A stretch of DNA of 32,201 bases from NCBI GenBank assembly GCA_032718475.1, contig JAUCBJ010001821.1, positions 1-32,201 of the forward strand. The letters are read 5' to 3'. Positions 11,146-23,600 of this stretch are shown here, in pieces (the first letter of the stretch is position 1; each line of letters begins with the position of its first letter). The translations under genes were made by a program, and so were the position numbers. This DNA comes from Nemertoderma westbladi (taxonomy: Eukaryota; Animalia; Xenacoelomorpha). The notes below the pieces were generated by a model that made no database searches, had not been told where the DNA came from, and saw nothing but the letters and a program-made list of their open reading frames with translations.

Positions 11146-12788
11146 ATAGTGTATCTCTGAACCGGGCTTAACTCAACCCACATAAGTTTATTTTAAGAAA
11201 ATGTGTTTGTAGTTTTGGAGCCATCTAGGATATGACAACTGCTAACAAAGTGTAGTCAGTCATCTTTCCCTTGCAGTTTTATACGATTTAGAATTTTGTA
11301 GGAATAGTCGGAAAAGAAGTAAAACGCTATAAATCTGTATTCCTAGTCTATAAATATACATTAATTATTGACCTTTACTGTTACCACGTTGCCGGAGACC
11401 TGTATCTATACAGTTACTGATCTGTGACTGAAACCAATCCAATGAGAATTGATACGTTACATCAATATAAGCCATATCCGCCAATACAAAAGTATATAAT
11501 GGCACCTCTAGTAGCCACCAGTTTTGTAAAATATAATAAATAATAAGACTAACAAATGGATTGCGTCATATAGACCCAGTCGCAACCACCCTTCCGCGTC
11601 TATTACGTCACAGTCGCACAGTTGATACTAGCCAATACCTGGTGCCTTACGTCACCAATACGCTGGGACAAGAAAACATAGGGCCTTACATCATAAGTAT
11701 CCATTAAATACATGTTGTATTGCTGAACGTGAAACTGGAAGTAAAAGCAAACCAATGCGGTTAATGAGAGTTGGATTACCCATAATGCATTGTGCTCTCA
11801 ATGGGAAACCTATCCTACTAAATTTTTTAGAGTGATTTTGTTGGCCTAATTTTACGAAATATAAAGTGATATTGAAATATTGATTGAATATTAAAAAATA
11901 TACATTATTATATGTATTATGTATTATTTTCTGTGAAAATACCGATAAACTTCAGCTAGTTTGTAAATTTATTTCTGATGTTATTGGCCTTTAGTAGTTT
12001 AAATTCAATATAATTTTGGTTTCATGTATGTATGACATTGCCTCTGTTTGAATATATCTCGATACTACCTCCATTTAATGTACTATTTTAATACACTGTA
12101 TTGATTTATGATAGATTAATTTATGCATTTTTATATTTATATTTTGGTGTCTCACTGTATTTTGGGTTCACTTTCTACTGAAGTACCATTTATGAACTGA
12201 CTGTTCTTGTTGGTGGTCTCGGCCACAGAAAGTGAAAAAAAAAAAAACGTAGCTGTCAAAATAAATTTTTTTTAAAAAGTGGTAAAAGTATATTTCATTC
12301 GATTGCATTTTTTCCACTGATTGCGAATCTAACAATAAAACATAAAGATATTCAAAAGCTAAGAAATTATGGGCAAAAAACGTAAAATTGCAGTCAAACT
12401 CTACTTTTCCTGGTGGTGTAGTGTTTGAATTCCTTTTCCAAACTCTACAATTTTGTGTCGAGTTTGGTCCTTGCACCGATCGAGAAGCCAGTAAATAATT
12501 CCAAACTCTTCAATTCCATGTGTTCTGATTGGATAATATCATAAATTGTTGTTAAATAATCATATCAAAGTTTATAAATTCCGAGAATCCCCAAGACTCA
12601 TTAAGCCGGGGTATGCCACCATGGATGGGTGATCTTTCCGGATAGGCCTAGTGGTACAAATTTACCGCAAGTGAAAAAGGTGATCTCCAGTGCAAATTAA
12701 CTGAAAGTGAAAATACGTTTTGGTTAGAAAACACCGCCGCTATTAACATGCGCAGCGTAATTCCCCTAATGTTTAAAATTAAAATAAA

Positions 12789-13130
12789 CTAATTTTTCTT
12801 TTCACGCCACCGTTTTTGTACGCTATTTCTTTTCTGTCTGTGTTGAAGGGCAAAGTTAGGATCCGCGCAAGCTGTAATCTTCTGCTTATCTCGTATTGCC
12901 TGCTGCCTTCTATGTTGAGACTCCTTTTCACGATTGTAAGCACGAGGATTATTCCTTCTGTAAATTGTTTTCGCTGACAGGGTTCCAAGTAGTTTATAAG
13001 TTTGTCGACTTAGTGGTTCTTTCGGTGTAGTAAGAGTTGCACGTACAGTTTTGGATTTGAACTGCTTTTCACGGGTTTGCCTCTTATGGCAAAACCTTTC
13101 CTTCTCATGATTCTCAATCTGAATTAATTC
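12789..13130 (-). pseudogene. start-less 113-codon K/R-rich open frame (absent from ORF track)
   Basis: Manual translation: ELIQIENHEKERFCHKRQTREKQFKSKTVRATLTTPKEPLSRQTYKLLGTLSAKTIYRRNNPRAYNREKESQHRRQQAIRDKQKITACADPNFALQHRQKRNSVQKRWREKKN*. It is more GC-rich than its flanks. Confidence 0.4.
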
Positions 13131-13974
13131 TCACAGACTTGCGGCGTCGGGGAATTCGGCGGATGACTAAAGTTAAGTTTTATTTTCGTTTTCCTTCGTA
13201 GATACACTTCGTTTTGCTTTGGATTTCTTGATAATATTAAGATATTTATTGCGTGCCGCTAATTTGCCTTTTTCTTGTGCGCGCCCTCCATTACTTTTAT
13301 AGGTATATCATATACCACAACCAGCCTGTCAGTAATCTACCGATATCTAGATATCTGGCAGTAAGCCAAACTGAAACTCTTTAAAACAGAAACTACTTCA
13401 GTCTGAACTGGTCGGTAGACAAACCGGCTCAATTCAACAGTAACTATTAATTTATACTTTTGCTTAAGTAGATTATAAATTACTGACCCCTGCTACATAC
13501 AGACTATAGAATGTTTCAGCAGTCCACGCATCAATTATTAAAAATAATGATTAATGTTTTAAAATTATGTTTCAAATTTAAACTTCCCTCTCAATATCAC
13601 ACTGCTTACAACAGTGATAAATTTGTAGAGTTTGGCAATTAAGATGGTAGAGTTTCGAACTGCTTAACTGCACAATGTTGAGTTTGGACATGAAGATGGT
13701 CGAGTATGGATATATAATTTGCATTTTCCAAACTCTACCAAATCCAAACTCTACATTGCATATGTCAAACACTCACATTTTATCTCATAGAAGGTCAGTG
13801 GTCAATAAACGTGGCTTAAAGCGTTGCAAAATATTTTTTTTTTATTTCTTGCCGAACCCCAATATATTATATACCATTGGAATCGTCTTTTTGAGCTCTT
13901 TCCAGATCTGGCCAAAATATATAAATATACTCAAGTCTAAAAGTTTTATAGGCCAAGTAACGCTAAATGCTATC

Positions 13975-14230
13975 CAAGGTAGACATCCAAGGTATACATG
14001 AGTTCAAGGTATACATTTTGTGTACCAAGGTATACATTGGTTAAATTTTCAAGGTATACGTATTGTGTACCAAGGTATACGTTTTGTGTATCAAGGTATA
14101 CATTTTGTGTACCAAGGTATACATTGGTTAAATTTTCAAGCTATACGTTTTGTGTACCAAGGTATACGTTTTGTGTACCAAGGTATACGTGTTGTGTAGC
14201 AAGGTATTCTTCGTTTGGTGTAACAAGGTA
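13975..14230 (+). repeat. 21-bp minisatellite with 24-bp variant units
   Basis: caaggtatac(a/g)ttttgtgtac repeated; the variant caaggtatacattggttaaatttt occurs twice. Confidence 0.9.
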
Positions 14231-15462
14231 AACATGGGTTCAATCTTTAAGGCATGAGATTTGTGTATCAAGGGTTGCGATATTAGTGATTTTGAAAACA
14301 AGTAAATAAGGTAGGCTATATCTGGGGTCAATCGGTAAAGACTTATTTTTCTGGAAGACAAAGTAAATGATTATGTGATTTGCTTCATTTCGATATAAAG
14401 ACGGCATTGGCAAATTTTTGGCAGAACTTGAAAGTTACAATCCAAACTCTACATTTTTATCTCACAAAAATATATTTAACAATTTAGAGGCTTGTATTAT
14501 TTTCCAGACAAAAGTAATATAGATAAGCAGTGATGTACCTGAAAGGCTAATACATATGCTTTACTTCAAGGATCCGCATAAACTAGTTTGAAGATTACAG
14601 CAACTTTATCTTTACAGTCTAGTATTATACTAATATTATCGATTTTTTCGACATGCAGTTTTAAACGAGCACCCAAATCCACCAAAGGCCTAACGTATGT
14701 CGTTAATATAGTTGAAAGACCAGGCCACTTTTCTTCTTTCAGAAATCATACTGCTTCTCCGCATTGTAAGTGTAGATCACATTGCACGTTGAGTCACAGT
14801 TAGTACACACTTCTTGTTTCGGGCAAACTCTACAAAATACTCTACATAAGCATGATATTTTACGAATAAATATGACCATTAAAAAAAACTGTTGCATCTA
14901 AATTTTATATATGTTGTAGAGTTTGTCGAGCTTGTTCGAATGGGCAATCGATGGTCACAATTGGCCGACTGGTTCAAAAGTTATGTCCACTCAAAGTTTA
15001 TAATATTTATTTTTCACTTTTCGTGGCCGGGGCCTACATTATTTACGTACATGTTACTGGCTGTTGGGGCGTTTTAACGAATTAATTAATTAAAGAGCCG
15101 CAAATCGCTGACGACTACTACTACTAGTGAGAAAAATAAATTTTTAAGAAATTCGTAATTTTATTCTTAAATCGCTCGGTATATTTAATTTAATAGCTCT
15201 AGCAGACTAGCACAACACGTAATGGAAATGTTCTAATTTTTCCAATATTTTCCTGTAATGATAACCCGATATGTGCGAGAAACTTGAAAAACCAACAATA
15301 ATTATACGGTTCGTTAAGTGAAGTTTAACCTATTACCATATTCATTTAGTAAACGTCAGAAATAAAAATAAAATAATAAACGGATTTGTAGATTATAATA
15401 ATCCGTAGAAGGACGGTATACCATCCCAGAACTCTAACAAATTAATGGGCTATCCCCTCGGT

Positions 15463-15468
15463 TTTATT
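15463..15468 (-). terminator. candidate polyadenylation signal of eIF6
   Basis: AATAAA on the minus strand ~100 nt past the stop codon, with a T-rich tract further downstream (15361-15380). Confidence 0.45.
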
Positions 15469-15564
15469 ATATAATTCAATATTGAGCACATAAAAAGTTC
15501 GCAACTATCGAAAGGCAAGTCTATAAATTTAGATCGGTTTGAAAAATTTACGAAGAAAGGGCGG

Positions 15565-16305
15565 CTAATACATTGCGTCAATCAATGAGTCCTTCATATT
15601 GGTTGCTATGGACGATGGATGGGAGGCCTCCTGGAGTTTAAACACGCTCTCTATAACAGAAAGTTCGGTACTGGTTGTGTCCAAACCACAGAAAGCACAC
15701 CAATCGTTCACCACCAACCCCCCACCGATGACGTCACTTCCCCTGTTCACCGTGCCTGCCACTACCGGTATCTGTAGCAACGAGCTCAGTTCGTCCTGGT
15801 CTTCCACACTCGTCTTGGGATGTACCAATCCACCCTGGTTGGTAATCACGCAGTAACTGCCCACTAACACGTTATCGGCCACCGTCTGCCGGAACACCTC
15901 CACTTTCAGAACGTCCGCTATGATTTCTTCCGTTTCCTTATCAATATCCGGATGGACTAAAGCGACGTAATCGTTGCAACAAACAACGTTCCCTAAGGCG
16001 GATAATCGTTCCTCTACTCGTTGAATGCGAACCGATTCGGGTAAACCGTTCCGCACGTGTTGGAGTTCTTGATCCGTTGTACTGCTCGGGAGTATGAGAC
16101 CGTGTCGGTTACCGACAGACAGACGACCCACTATTCGGATTCCGGCTACGGAGGTTCGCACCACGGGAACAGCCTCGGATAATTCGCCCTCGAACACGGA
16201 GTAGAAGTTCTGGGAGCCCCCACTGCCGACGAGACAGTAGGAGTTGGTGAGAGTCGTGAAAACCCCGACCTCAACGCTGTTTTCGTAATTGACGCGAAGA
16301 GCCAT
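15565..16305 (-). CDS. EIF6: eukaryotic translation initiation factor 6 (60S anti-association factor), 246 aa
   Basis: Full-length intact ORF with hallmark motifs [65 protein letters not shown] and [16 protein letters not shown]. The C-terminus ([12 protein letters not shown]) is animal-type. Confidence 0.98.
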   Translation of the reverse strand: MALRVNYENSVEVGVFTTLTNSYCLVGSGGSQNFYSVFEGELSEAVPVVRTSVAGIRIVGRLSVGNRHGLILPSSTTDQELQHVRNGLPESVRIQRVEERLSALGNVVCCNDYVALVHPDIDKETEEIIADVLKVEVFRQTVADNVLVGSYCVITNQGGLVHPKTSVEDQDELSSLLQIPVVAGTVNRGSDVIGGGLVVNDWCAFCGLDTTSTELSVIESVFKLQEASHPSSIATNMKDSLIDAMY

Positions 16306-16307
16306 TG

Positions 16308-16457
16308 CTGGGAAACCGCCAAGACCAGAGCTGATCTGAATGGAAATGATCAGATCACCAATTTATTACCGGTACCGGTACTGAATTACCAAATTACAAG
16401 TGGTCGTGGTTGTTATTGATTTTCTGATCTATGGACAGGAGCAAAAATTACACTCAC
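16308..16457 (-). other. candidate 5'-UTR intron of eIF6
   Basis: Minus strand: donor tag|GTGAGT at 16457 (overlapping alternative GTAGGT at 16461) and acceptor tttcccAG ending 2 nt before the ATG. Confidence 0.5.
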
Positions 16458-16999
16458 CTACCTCGTAAACTTATAATATACCGCTTGTGGGAAATGTAAC
16501 TGTAGAACTGTGAAAGGTAATAACAAATCCTATTCCTACTGTCCTACAGTTCCGGTACTGTTTAACAGTAGGCCTACCGGTTACTTTGCGTCCCCGTTCT
16601 TGAGCTGGTGGTAGAATAAATAATGATCAAACATCCCCCTACTGACAATATGTAGTGCACGTGGTAGGTGCTATGTCAATATATTACGCAATAACTGAGC
16701 TTTACAATAGCAATACAATCAATGTACTACATGAATCACAAACATGACTATTTTTTGTTTTGGTTATTTATTTATATACATTTATTTAATATTCATCGGT
16801 CAATATATATATACACCACGTCCAGGAATAGTGCCGTTCTCGTTTATGGGCCCCTCCCTCAAATTTTTCTACGAATCTTCATGATTGCTTGAAATTTGAA
16901 ACAGAGATAGTTTCACCTCACCCCTCGTTAGTAGGAGAGTCAGAATTTTATTTTTGCTTTCATTCTTTAGCTACAGCTACAAGCGTTTAAAAAACGCCC

Positions 17000-17212
17000 A
17001 TGTGAAGAATACCAGGATTTCAATTTTCAGTCGACTTTTTATTGGAATTTTATTAATTTTTTTTTTTAATTTATCTTTATTAAGTGTATTATAGCGTATA
17101 GTGTATTATTTCTGTCTTATAATCTGTACATATACTAATTCGTTTATTGTTTTGGTTAGATTCAGCCCTTCTGTAACCTGTGATTTTGGTGAAAACCTGG
17201 TATTCTTCACAT
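17000..17212. repeat. perfect 17-bp inverted repeat pair (MITE remnant)
   Basis: atgtgaagaataccagg (17000-17016) and cctggtattcttcacat (17196-17212). Confidence 0.8.
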
Positions 17213-17672
17213 AGGGGTAACTGCAAAGTGAAATATAACGGTAGAAAGGCCCTTCACAAGGGCCTTAAAAAAGGTGTCTCCGTCAATATTGCAACAGTTA
17301 CATCGCAGTTATTCTTCAACTAGTGATTTGTTGGTACTAGTGGAAATATGTATCACAATGAATTTCGACGTAAAATAGATGAGATATAAAAACTTACAAA
17401 AGTTTCATGGTTTTGCATCTGCGAAAGGCTATTTTATTATATTTGATAATATACAAACCCGGTTGTACTCTATCCGCAATCATATAAAATGAACATACAA
17501 GCTGGTAAGATACAATGGTAGCATTAATGATCACATACTGCATTACGTCATTTTGTTATGGTTTAATTTTCAGAAGTGATTTTCAGAAGTGAACGAGCTT
17601 TTTTAAACATATAGGTATTAGGTAGCATACAGTGTACCATTTTATTTCAACCGTGTGTGTACCACTTTATTT

Positions 17673-20600
17673 GTAGAGTGGAGCCTTCGGGTAACCTCCA
17701 GTAGAGAGGAGCCTTCGGGTTGCCTCCGGTAGAGAGAAGCCTTCGGGTTGCCTCCAGTGGAGAGGAGCATTCGGGTTGCCTCCGGTAGAGATAGCCTTCG
17801 GGTTGCATCCGATAGAGAGGAGCCTTCGGGTTGCCTCCTATATAGAGGAGCCTTCGGGTTGCCTCCAGTAGAGAGGATCCTCCACGTTGTCTCCGGTAGA
17901 GAGGAGCCTTAGGGCTGCCTCCGGTAAAGAGGAGCCTTCAGGTTGCCTCCAGTACAGAGGAGCCTTCGGGTTTTGTCTACGGGAAAGAGGATCATTCGGG
18001 TTGCCTCCAGTAGAACAGAACATTAGGGTTGGATCCCGTAGAGAGGAGCCTTAATGTTGCCTCCAGTAGAGAGGAGATTAATGGTTGCCTCCTGTAGAGA
18101 AGAGCCTTCGGGTTGCCTCCTGTAGAGAGGAGCCTTCGGGTTGCCTCCGGTAGAGAGGAGCCTTCGGGTTGCCTCCGGTAGAGAGGAGCCTTCGGGTTGC
18201 CTCCGGTAGAGAGAAGCCTTCGGTTTGCCTCCTTTATAGAGGAGCCTTAGGGTTGCCTCCAGTAGAGAGGAGCCTTCGGGTTGCCTCCTTTATAGAGGAG
18301 CCTTCGGGTTGCCTCCGGTAGAGAGGAGCCTTCGGGTTGCCTCCTATATAGAGGAGCCTTCGGGTTGCCTCCTATATAGAGGAGCCTTCGGGTTGCCTCC
18401 AGTAGAGAGGAGCCTCCACGTTGTCTCCGGTAGAGAGGAGCCTTAGGGCTGCCTCCGGTAAAGAGGAGCCTTCAGGTTGCCTCCAGTACAGAGGAGCCTT
18501 CGGGTTGCATCCAGTTGAGAGGAGCCTTCGGGTTTTGTCTACGGGAAAGAGGATCATTCGGGTTGCCTCCAGTAGAACAGAACATTAGGGTTGGATCCTA
18601 TATAGAGGAGCCTTCGGGTTGCCTCCAGTAGAGAGGAGCATCCACGTTGTCTCCGGTAGAGAGGAGCCTTAGGGCTGCCTCCGGTAAAGAGGAGCATTCA
18701 GGTTGCCTCCAGTACAGAGGAGCCTTCGGGTTGCATCCAGTTGAGAGGAGCCTTCGGGTTTTGTCTACGGGAAAGAGGATCATTCGGGTTGCCTCCAGTA
18801 GAACAGAACATTAGGGTTGGATCCCGTAGAGAGGAGCCTTAATGTTGCCTCCAGTAGAGAGTAGATTTATGGTTGCCTCCTGTAGAGAAGAGCCTTCGGG
18901 TTGCCTCCTGTAGAGAGGAGCCTTCGGGTTGCCTCCGGTAGAGAGGAGCCTTCGGGTTGCCTCCGGTAGAGAGGAACCTTCGCGTTGCCTCCGGTAGAGA
19001 GGAGCCTTCGGTTAGCCTCCTTTATAGAGGAGCCTTCGGGTTGCCTCCAGTAGAGAGGAGCCTTCGGGTTGCCTCCTTTATAGAGGAGCCTTCGGGTTGC
19101 CTCCGGTAGAGAGGAGCCTTCGGGTTGCCTCCGGTAGAGGAGCCTTCGGGTTGCCTCCAGTAGAGAGGAGCCTTCGGGTTGCCTCATATATAGAGGAGCC
19201 TTCGGTTTGCCTCCTTTATAGAGGAGCCTTCGGGTTGCCTCCAGTAGAGAGGAGCCTTCGGGTTGCCTCCTTTATAGAGGAGCCTTCGGGTTGCCTCCGG
19301 TAGAGAGGAGCCTTCCGGTTGCCTCTGGTAAAGAGGAGCCTTCAGGTTGCCTCTGGTAGAGGGGACCCTTCGGGTTGCCTCTGGTAAAGAGGAGCTTTAA
19401 GGTTGCCTCCAGTAGAGGACCCTTCGGGTTTTCCCTCCGGTAAAGAGGAGCCTTCTGGTTGCCTCTGGTAAAGAGGAGCCTTCAGGTTGCCTCTGGAAGA
19501 GAGGAGCCTTCGGGATGCCTTTGTTAAAGAGGAGCCTTCAGGTTGCCCATGGTAGAGAGGAACCTCCAGTAGAGAGGATCCTTTGGGTTTTCTCTGGTAG
19601 TTAAAGAGATGCCTTCAGGTTGCCTACGGTAGAGAGGAACCTCCAGTAGAGAGGAGCCTTCGGGTTTTCTCTGGTAAAGATAATCATTAGGTTTGTCTCT
19701 TATAGAGCAGAGCATTATGGTTGCCTCCGGTAGAGAGGAACCTCCAGTAGAGAGGAGCCATCGGGTTTTCTCTGGTAAAGATGAGCAATAGGACCTCTTA
19801 TAGAGCAGAGCATTAGGGTTGCCTCCGGTAGAGAGGAACCTCCAGTAGAGAGGAGCCATCGGGTTTTCTCTAGTAAAGATGAGCATTAGGGTTGCCTCCG
19901 GTAGAGAGGAGCCTTCGGGTTTTCTCTGGTAAAGGTTAGCATTAGGGTTGCCTCTGGGAGAGCGGAGCATTAGGGTTGCCTCCGGTTGAGGAGCCATCAG
20001 GTTGCCTCCGGTAAAGAGGAGCATTAGAGTTGCCTCGGGAAGAGAGGAGCCTTCAGGTTGCCTCCAGTAGAGGCGCCTTCGGGTTGCTTCTGGTAAAGAG
20101 GAGCTAGGGTTGCCTCCGGTAGAGAGGAGCCTTCGGTTTGCCTCTGATAGAGAGGAGCCTTCGGGTTGCCTCTGATAAAGATGAGCTTTAGGGTTGCCTC
20201 CAGTAGAGAAGCCTTCTGGCTGTTTACAGTAGAGGAGCCTTCGGGTTGCCTCCAGTAGAGGAGCCTTCGGGTTGCTTCTGGTAAAGAGGAGCATTAGGGT
20301 TGCCTCCGGTAGAGAGGAGCCTTCCATTGCCTCCGGTAAAGAGGAGCATTAGGGTTACCTCTGGTAAAGAGAAGCCTTATGGTTGCCTCCAGTAGAGTAG
20401 AGCCTTCGGGTTGCCTCTTGTAGAGAGGAGCCTTCGGGTTGCCTCCAGTAAAGAGGAGCCTTAGGGTTGCTTCTGGTAGAGGAGCCTTCGGGTTTCCTCT
20501 GGTAAAGAGGAGCCTTAGGGTTACCTCCATTAGAGAGGAGCCTTCAGGTTGCCTCCAGTATAGATGAGCCTTCGGGTTGCCTCCAGAAAAGAGGAGCCTT

Positions 20601-23600
20601 AGGGTTGCTTCTGGTAGAGGAGCCTTCGGGTTGCCTCCAGTAGAGAGGAGCCTTCGGGTTGCCTCCAGTAGAGAGGATTCTTCGGGTTGCCTCATATATA
20701 GAGGAGCCTTCGGGTTGCCTCCAGTAAAGAGGAGCCTCCAGGTTGTCCCCGGTAGAGAGGAGCCTTAGGGATGCCTCCGGTAAAGAGGAGCCTTCAGGTT
20801 GCCTCCAGTAGAGAGGAGCCTTCGGGTTGCCTCCAGTAGAGAGGAGCCTTCGGGTTGTCTACGGGAAAGAGGAGCATTCGCGTTGCCTCCAGTAGAGCAG
20901 AGCATTAGGGTTGCCACCGGTAGAGAGGAGCCTTCGGGTTGCCTCCAGTAAAGAGGAGCCTCCAGGTTGTCCCCGGTAGAGAGGAGCCTTAGGGATGCCT
21001 CCGGTAAAGAGGAGCCTTCAGGTTGCCTCCAGTAGAGAGGAGCCTTCGGGTTGCCTCCAGTAGAGAGGAGCCTTCGGGTTGCCTCCAGTAGAGAGGAGCC
21101 TTCGGGTTGTCTACGGGAAAGAGGAGCATTCGCGTTGCCTCCAGTAGAGCAGAGCATTAGGGTTGCCACCGGTAGAGAGGAGCCTTCATGTTGCCTCCAG
21201 TAGAGAGGAAATTTATGGTTGCCTCCAGTAGAGAGGAGCCTTCGGGTTGCCTCCGGTAAAGACGAGCCTTCTGGTTGCCTCCGGTGGAGAGGACCCTTTG
21301 GGTTGCCTCTGGTAAAGAGGAGCCTTCCGGTTGCTTCTGGTAGAGAGGAGCCTTAGGGTTGCCTCTGGGAAAGATCAGCTTTCGGGTTGCCTCCGGTAGA
21401 GGAGCCTTCCGGTTGCCTCTGGTAAAGAGGGGCCTTCAGGTTGCCTCCAGTAGAGAGGACCCTTCGGGTTACCTCCGGAAAAGAGGGGCCTTCTGGTTGC
21501 CTTTAGTAAAGAGGAGCCTTCAGGTTGCCTCTGGAAGAGAAGAGCCTTCGGGATGCCTTTGTTAAAGAGGAGCCTTCAGGTTGCATATGGTAGAGAAGAA
21601 CCTCCAGTAGAGAGGAGCCTTTGGGTTTTCTCTGGTAGTTAAAGAGGTGCCTCCAGGTTGCCTACGGTAGAGTGGAACCTCCAGTAGAGAGGAGCCTTCG
21701 GGTTTTCTCTGGTAAAGATAATCATTAGGGTTGCCTCCGGTAGAAGAGCCTTTGGGTTGCCTCCGGTAAAGATGAGCATTAGGGTTACCTCTGGTAGAGA
21801 GGAGCCTTCAGGTTGCCTCCTGTAGAGATAAACCTTCGGGTTGCCTCCGGTTAAGAGGATTAATAGGGTTACCTCTGGTAGAGAGGAGCCTTCAGGTTGC
21901 CTCCGGTAGAGAGGAACCTCCAGTAGAGAGGAGCCTTCGGGTTTTCTCTGGTAAAGATGAGCATTAGGGTTGCCTCTGGAAGAGCAGAGCATTAGGGTTG
22001 CCTCCGGTACAGAGGAACCTCCAGTAGCGAGGAGCCTTCAGGTTGCCTCCGGTAGAGAGGAACCTCCAGTAGAGAGGAGCCTTCGGGTTTTCTCTGGTAA
22101 AGGTTAGCATTAGGGTTGCCTCTGGTAGAGCGGAGCATTAGGGTTGCCTCCGGTTGAGGAGCCTTCAGTTGCCACCGAGTAGAGAGGAGCCTTTGGGTTG
22201 CCTCTGGTAAAGATCAGCTTTCGGGTAGCCTCTGGTAGAGGAGCCTTCTGGTTGCCTCCGGTGGAGAGGACCCTTTGGGTTGCCTCTGGTAAAGAGGAGC
22301 CTTCTCGGTTGCTTCTGGTAGAGAGGAGCCTTAGGGTTGCCTCTGATAAAGAGGAGCCTTCGGGTTGCAACTGTTAAAGAGGAGCCTTCGGGTTGCCTCT
22401 GGGAAAGATCAGCTTTCGGGTTGCCTCCGGTAGAGGAGCCTTCCGGTTGCCTCTGGTAAAGAGGACCCTTCAGGTTGCCTCTGGTAGAGGGGACCCTTCG
22501 GGTTGCCTCTGGTAAAGAGGAGCTTTAAGGTTGCCACCAGTAGAGCACCCTTCGGGTTTTCCCTCCGGTAAAGATGAGCCTTCTGGTTGCCTCTGGTAAA
22601 GAGGAGCCTTCAGGTTGCCTCTGGAAGAGAGGAGCCTTCGGGATGCCTTTGTTAAAGAGGAGCCTTTAGGTTGCCCATGGTAGAGAGGAAACTCCAGTAG
22701 AGAGGATCCTTTGGGTTTTCTCTGGTAGTTAAAGAGGTGCCTTCAGGTTGCCTACGGTAGAGAGGAACCTCCAGTAGAGAGGAGCCTTCGGGTTTTCTCT
22801 GGTAAAGATAATCATTAGGTTTGTATCTTATAGAGCAGAGCATTATGGTTGCCTCCGGTAGAGAGGAACCTCCAGTAGAGAGGAGCCATCGGGTTTTCTC
22901 TGGTAAAGATGAGCAATAGGACCTCTTATAGAGCAGAGCATTAGGGTTGCCTCCGGTAGAGAGGAACCTCCAGTAGAGAGGAGCCATCGGGTTTTCTCTA
23001 GTAAAGATGAGCATTAGGGTTGCCTCCGGTAGAGAGGAGCCTTCGGGTTTTCTCTGGTAAAGGTTAGCATTAGGGTTGCCTCTGGGAGAGCGGAGCATTA
23101 GGGTTGCCTCCGGTTGAGGAGCCATCAGGTTGTCTCCGGTAAAGAGGAGCATTAGAGTTGCCTCGGGAAGAGAGGAGCCTTCAGGTTGCCTCCAGTAGAG
23201 GCGCCTTCGGGTTGCTTCTGGTAAAGAGGAGCATTAGGGTTGCCTCCAGTAGAGGCGCCTTCGGGTTGCTTCTGGTAAAGAGGAGCATTAGGGTTGCCTC
23301 CGGTAGAGAGGAGCCTTCGGTTTGCCTCTGATAGAGAGGAGCCTTCGGGTTGCCTCTGATAAAGATGAGCTTTAGGGTTGCCTCCAGTAGAGAAGCCTTC
23401 TGGCTGTTTACAGTAGAGGAGCCTTTGGGTTGCTTCTAGTAAAGAGGAGCTTCAGGTTGCCTCCTGTAGAGATGAGCCTTCGGGTTGCCTCCAGTAGAGG
23501 AGCCTTCGGGTTGCTTCTGGTAAAGAGGAGCATTAGGGTTGCCTCCGGTAGAGAGGAGCCTTCGGGTTGCCTCTGATAAAGATGAGCCTTTGGGGGTTGC

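Larger units (their letters stand above)
12220..15029. mobile_element. putative non-autonomous TIR element (~2.8 kb)
   Basis: cggccacagaaagtgaaaaa (12220) versus the reverse complement of tttttcacttttcgtggccg (ends 15029). About ten copies of (c)aaactctac or its complement in both orientations lie in this interval. No TSD visible. Confidence 0.5.

Noticed and set aside
12600-12645. 5S rRNA/SINE3-like boxes (ttaagc...tggatgggtga)
   Set aside because: Spacing and intervening sequence do not fit 5S; match too short.
15599-15856. 85-aa plus-strand ORF
   Set aside because: Antisense shadow of eIF6.
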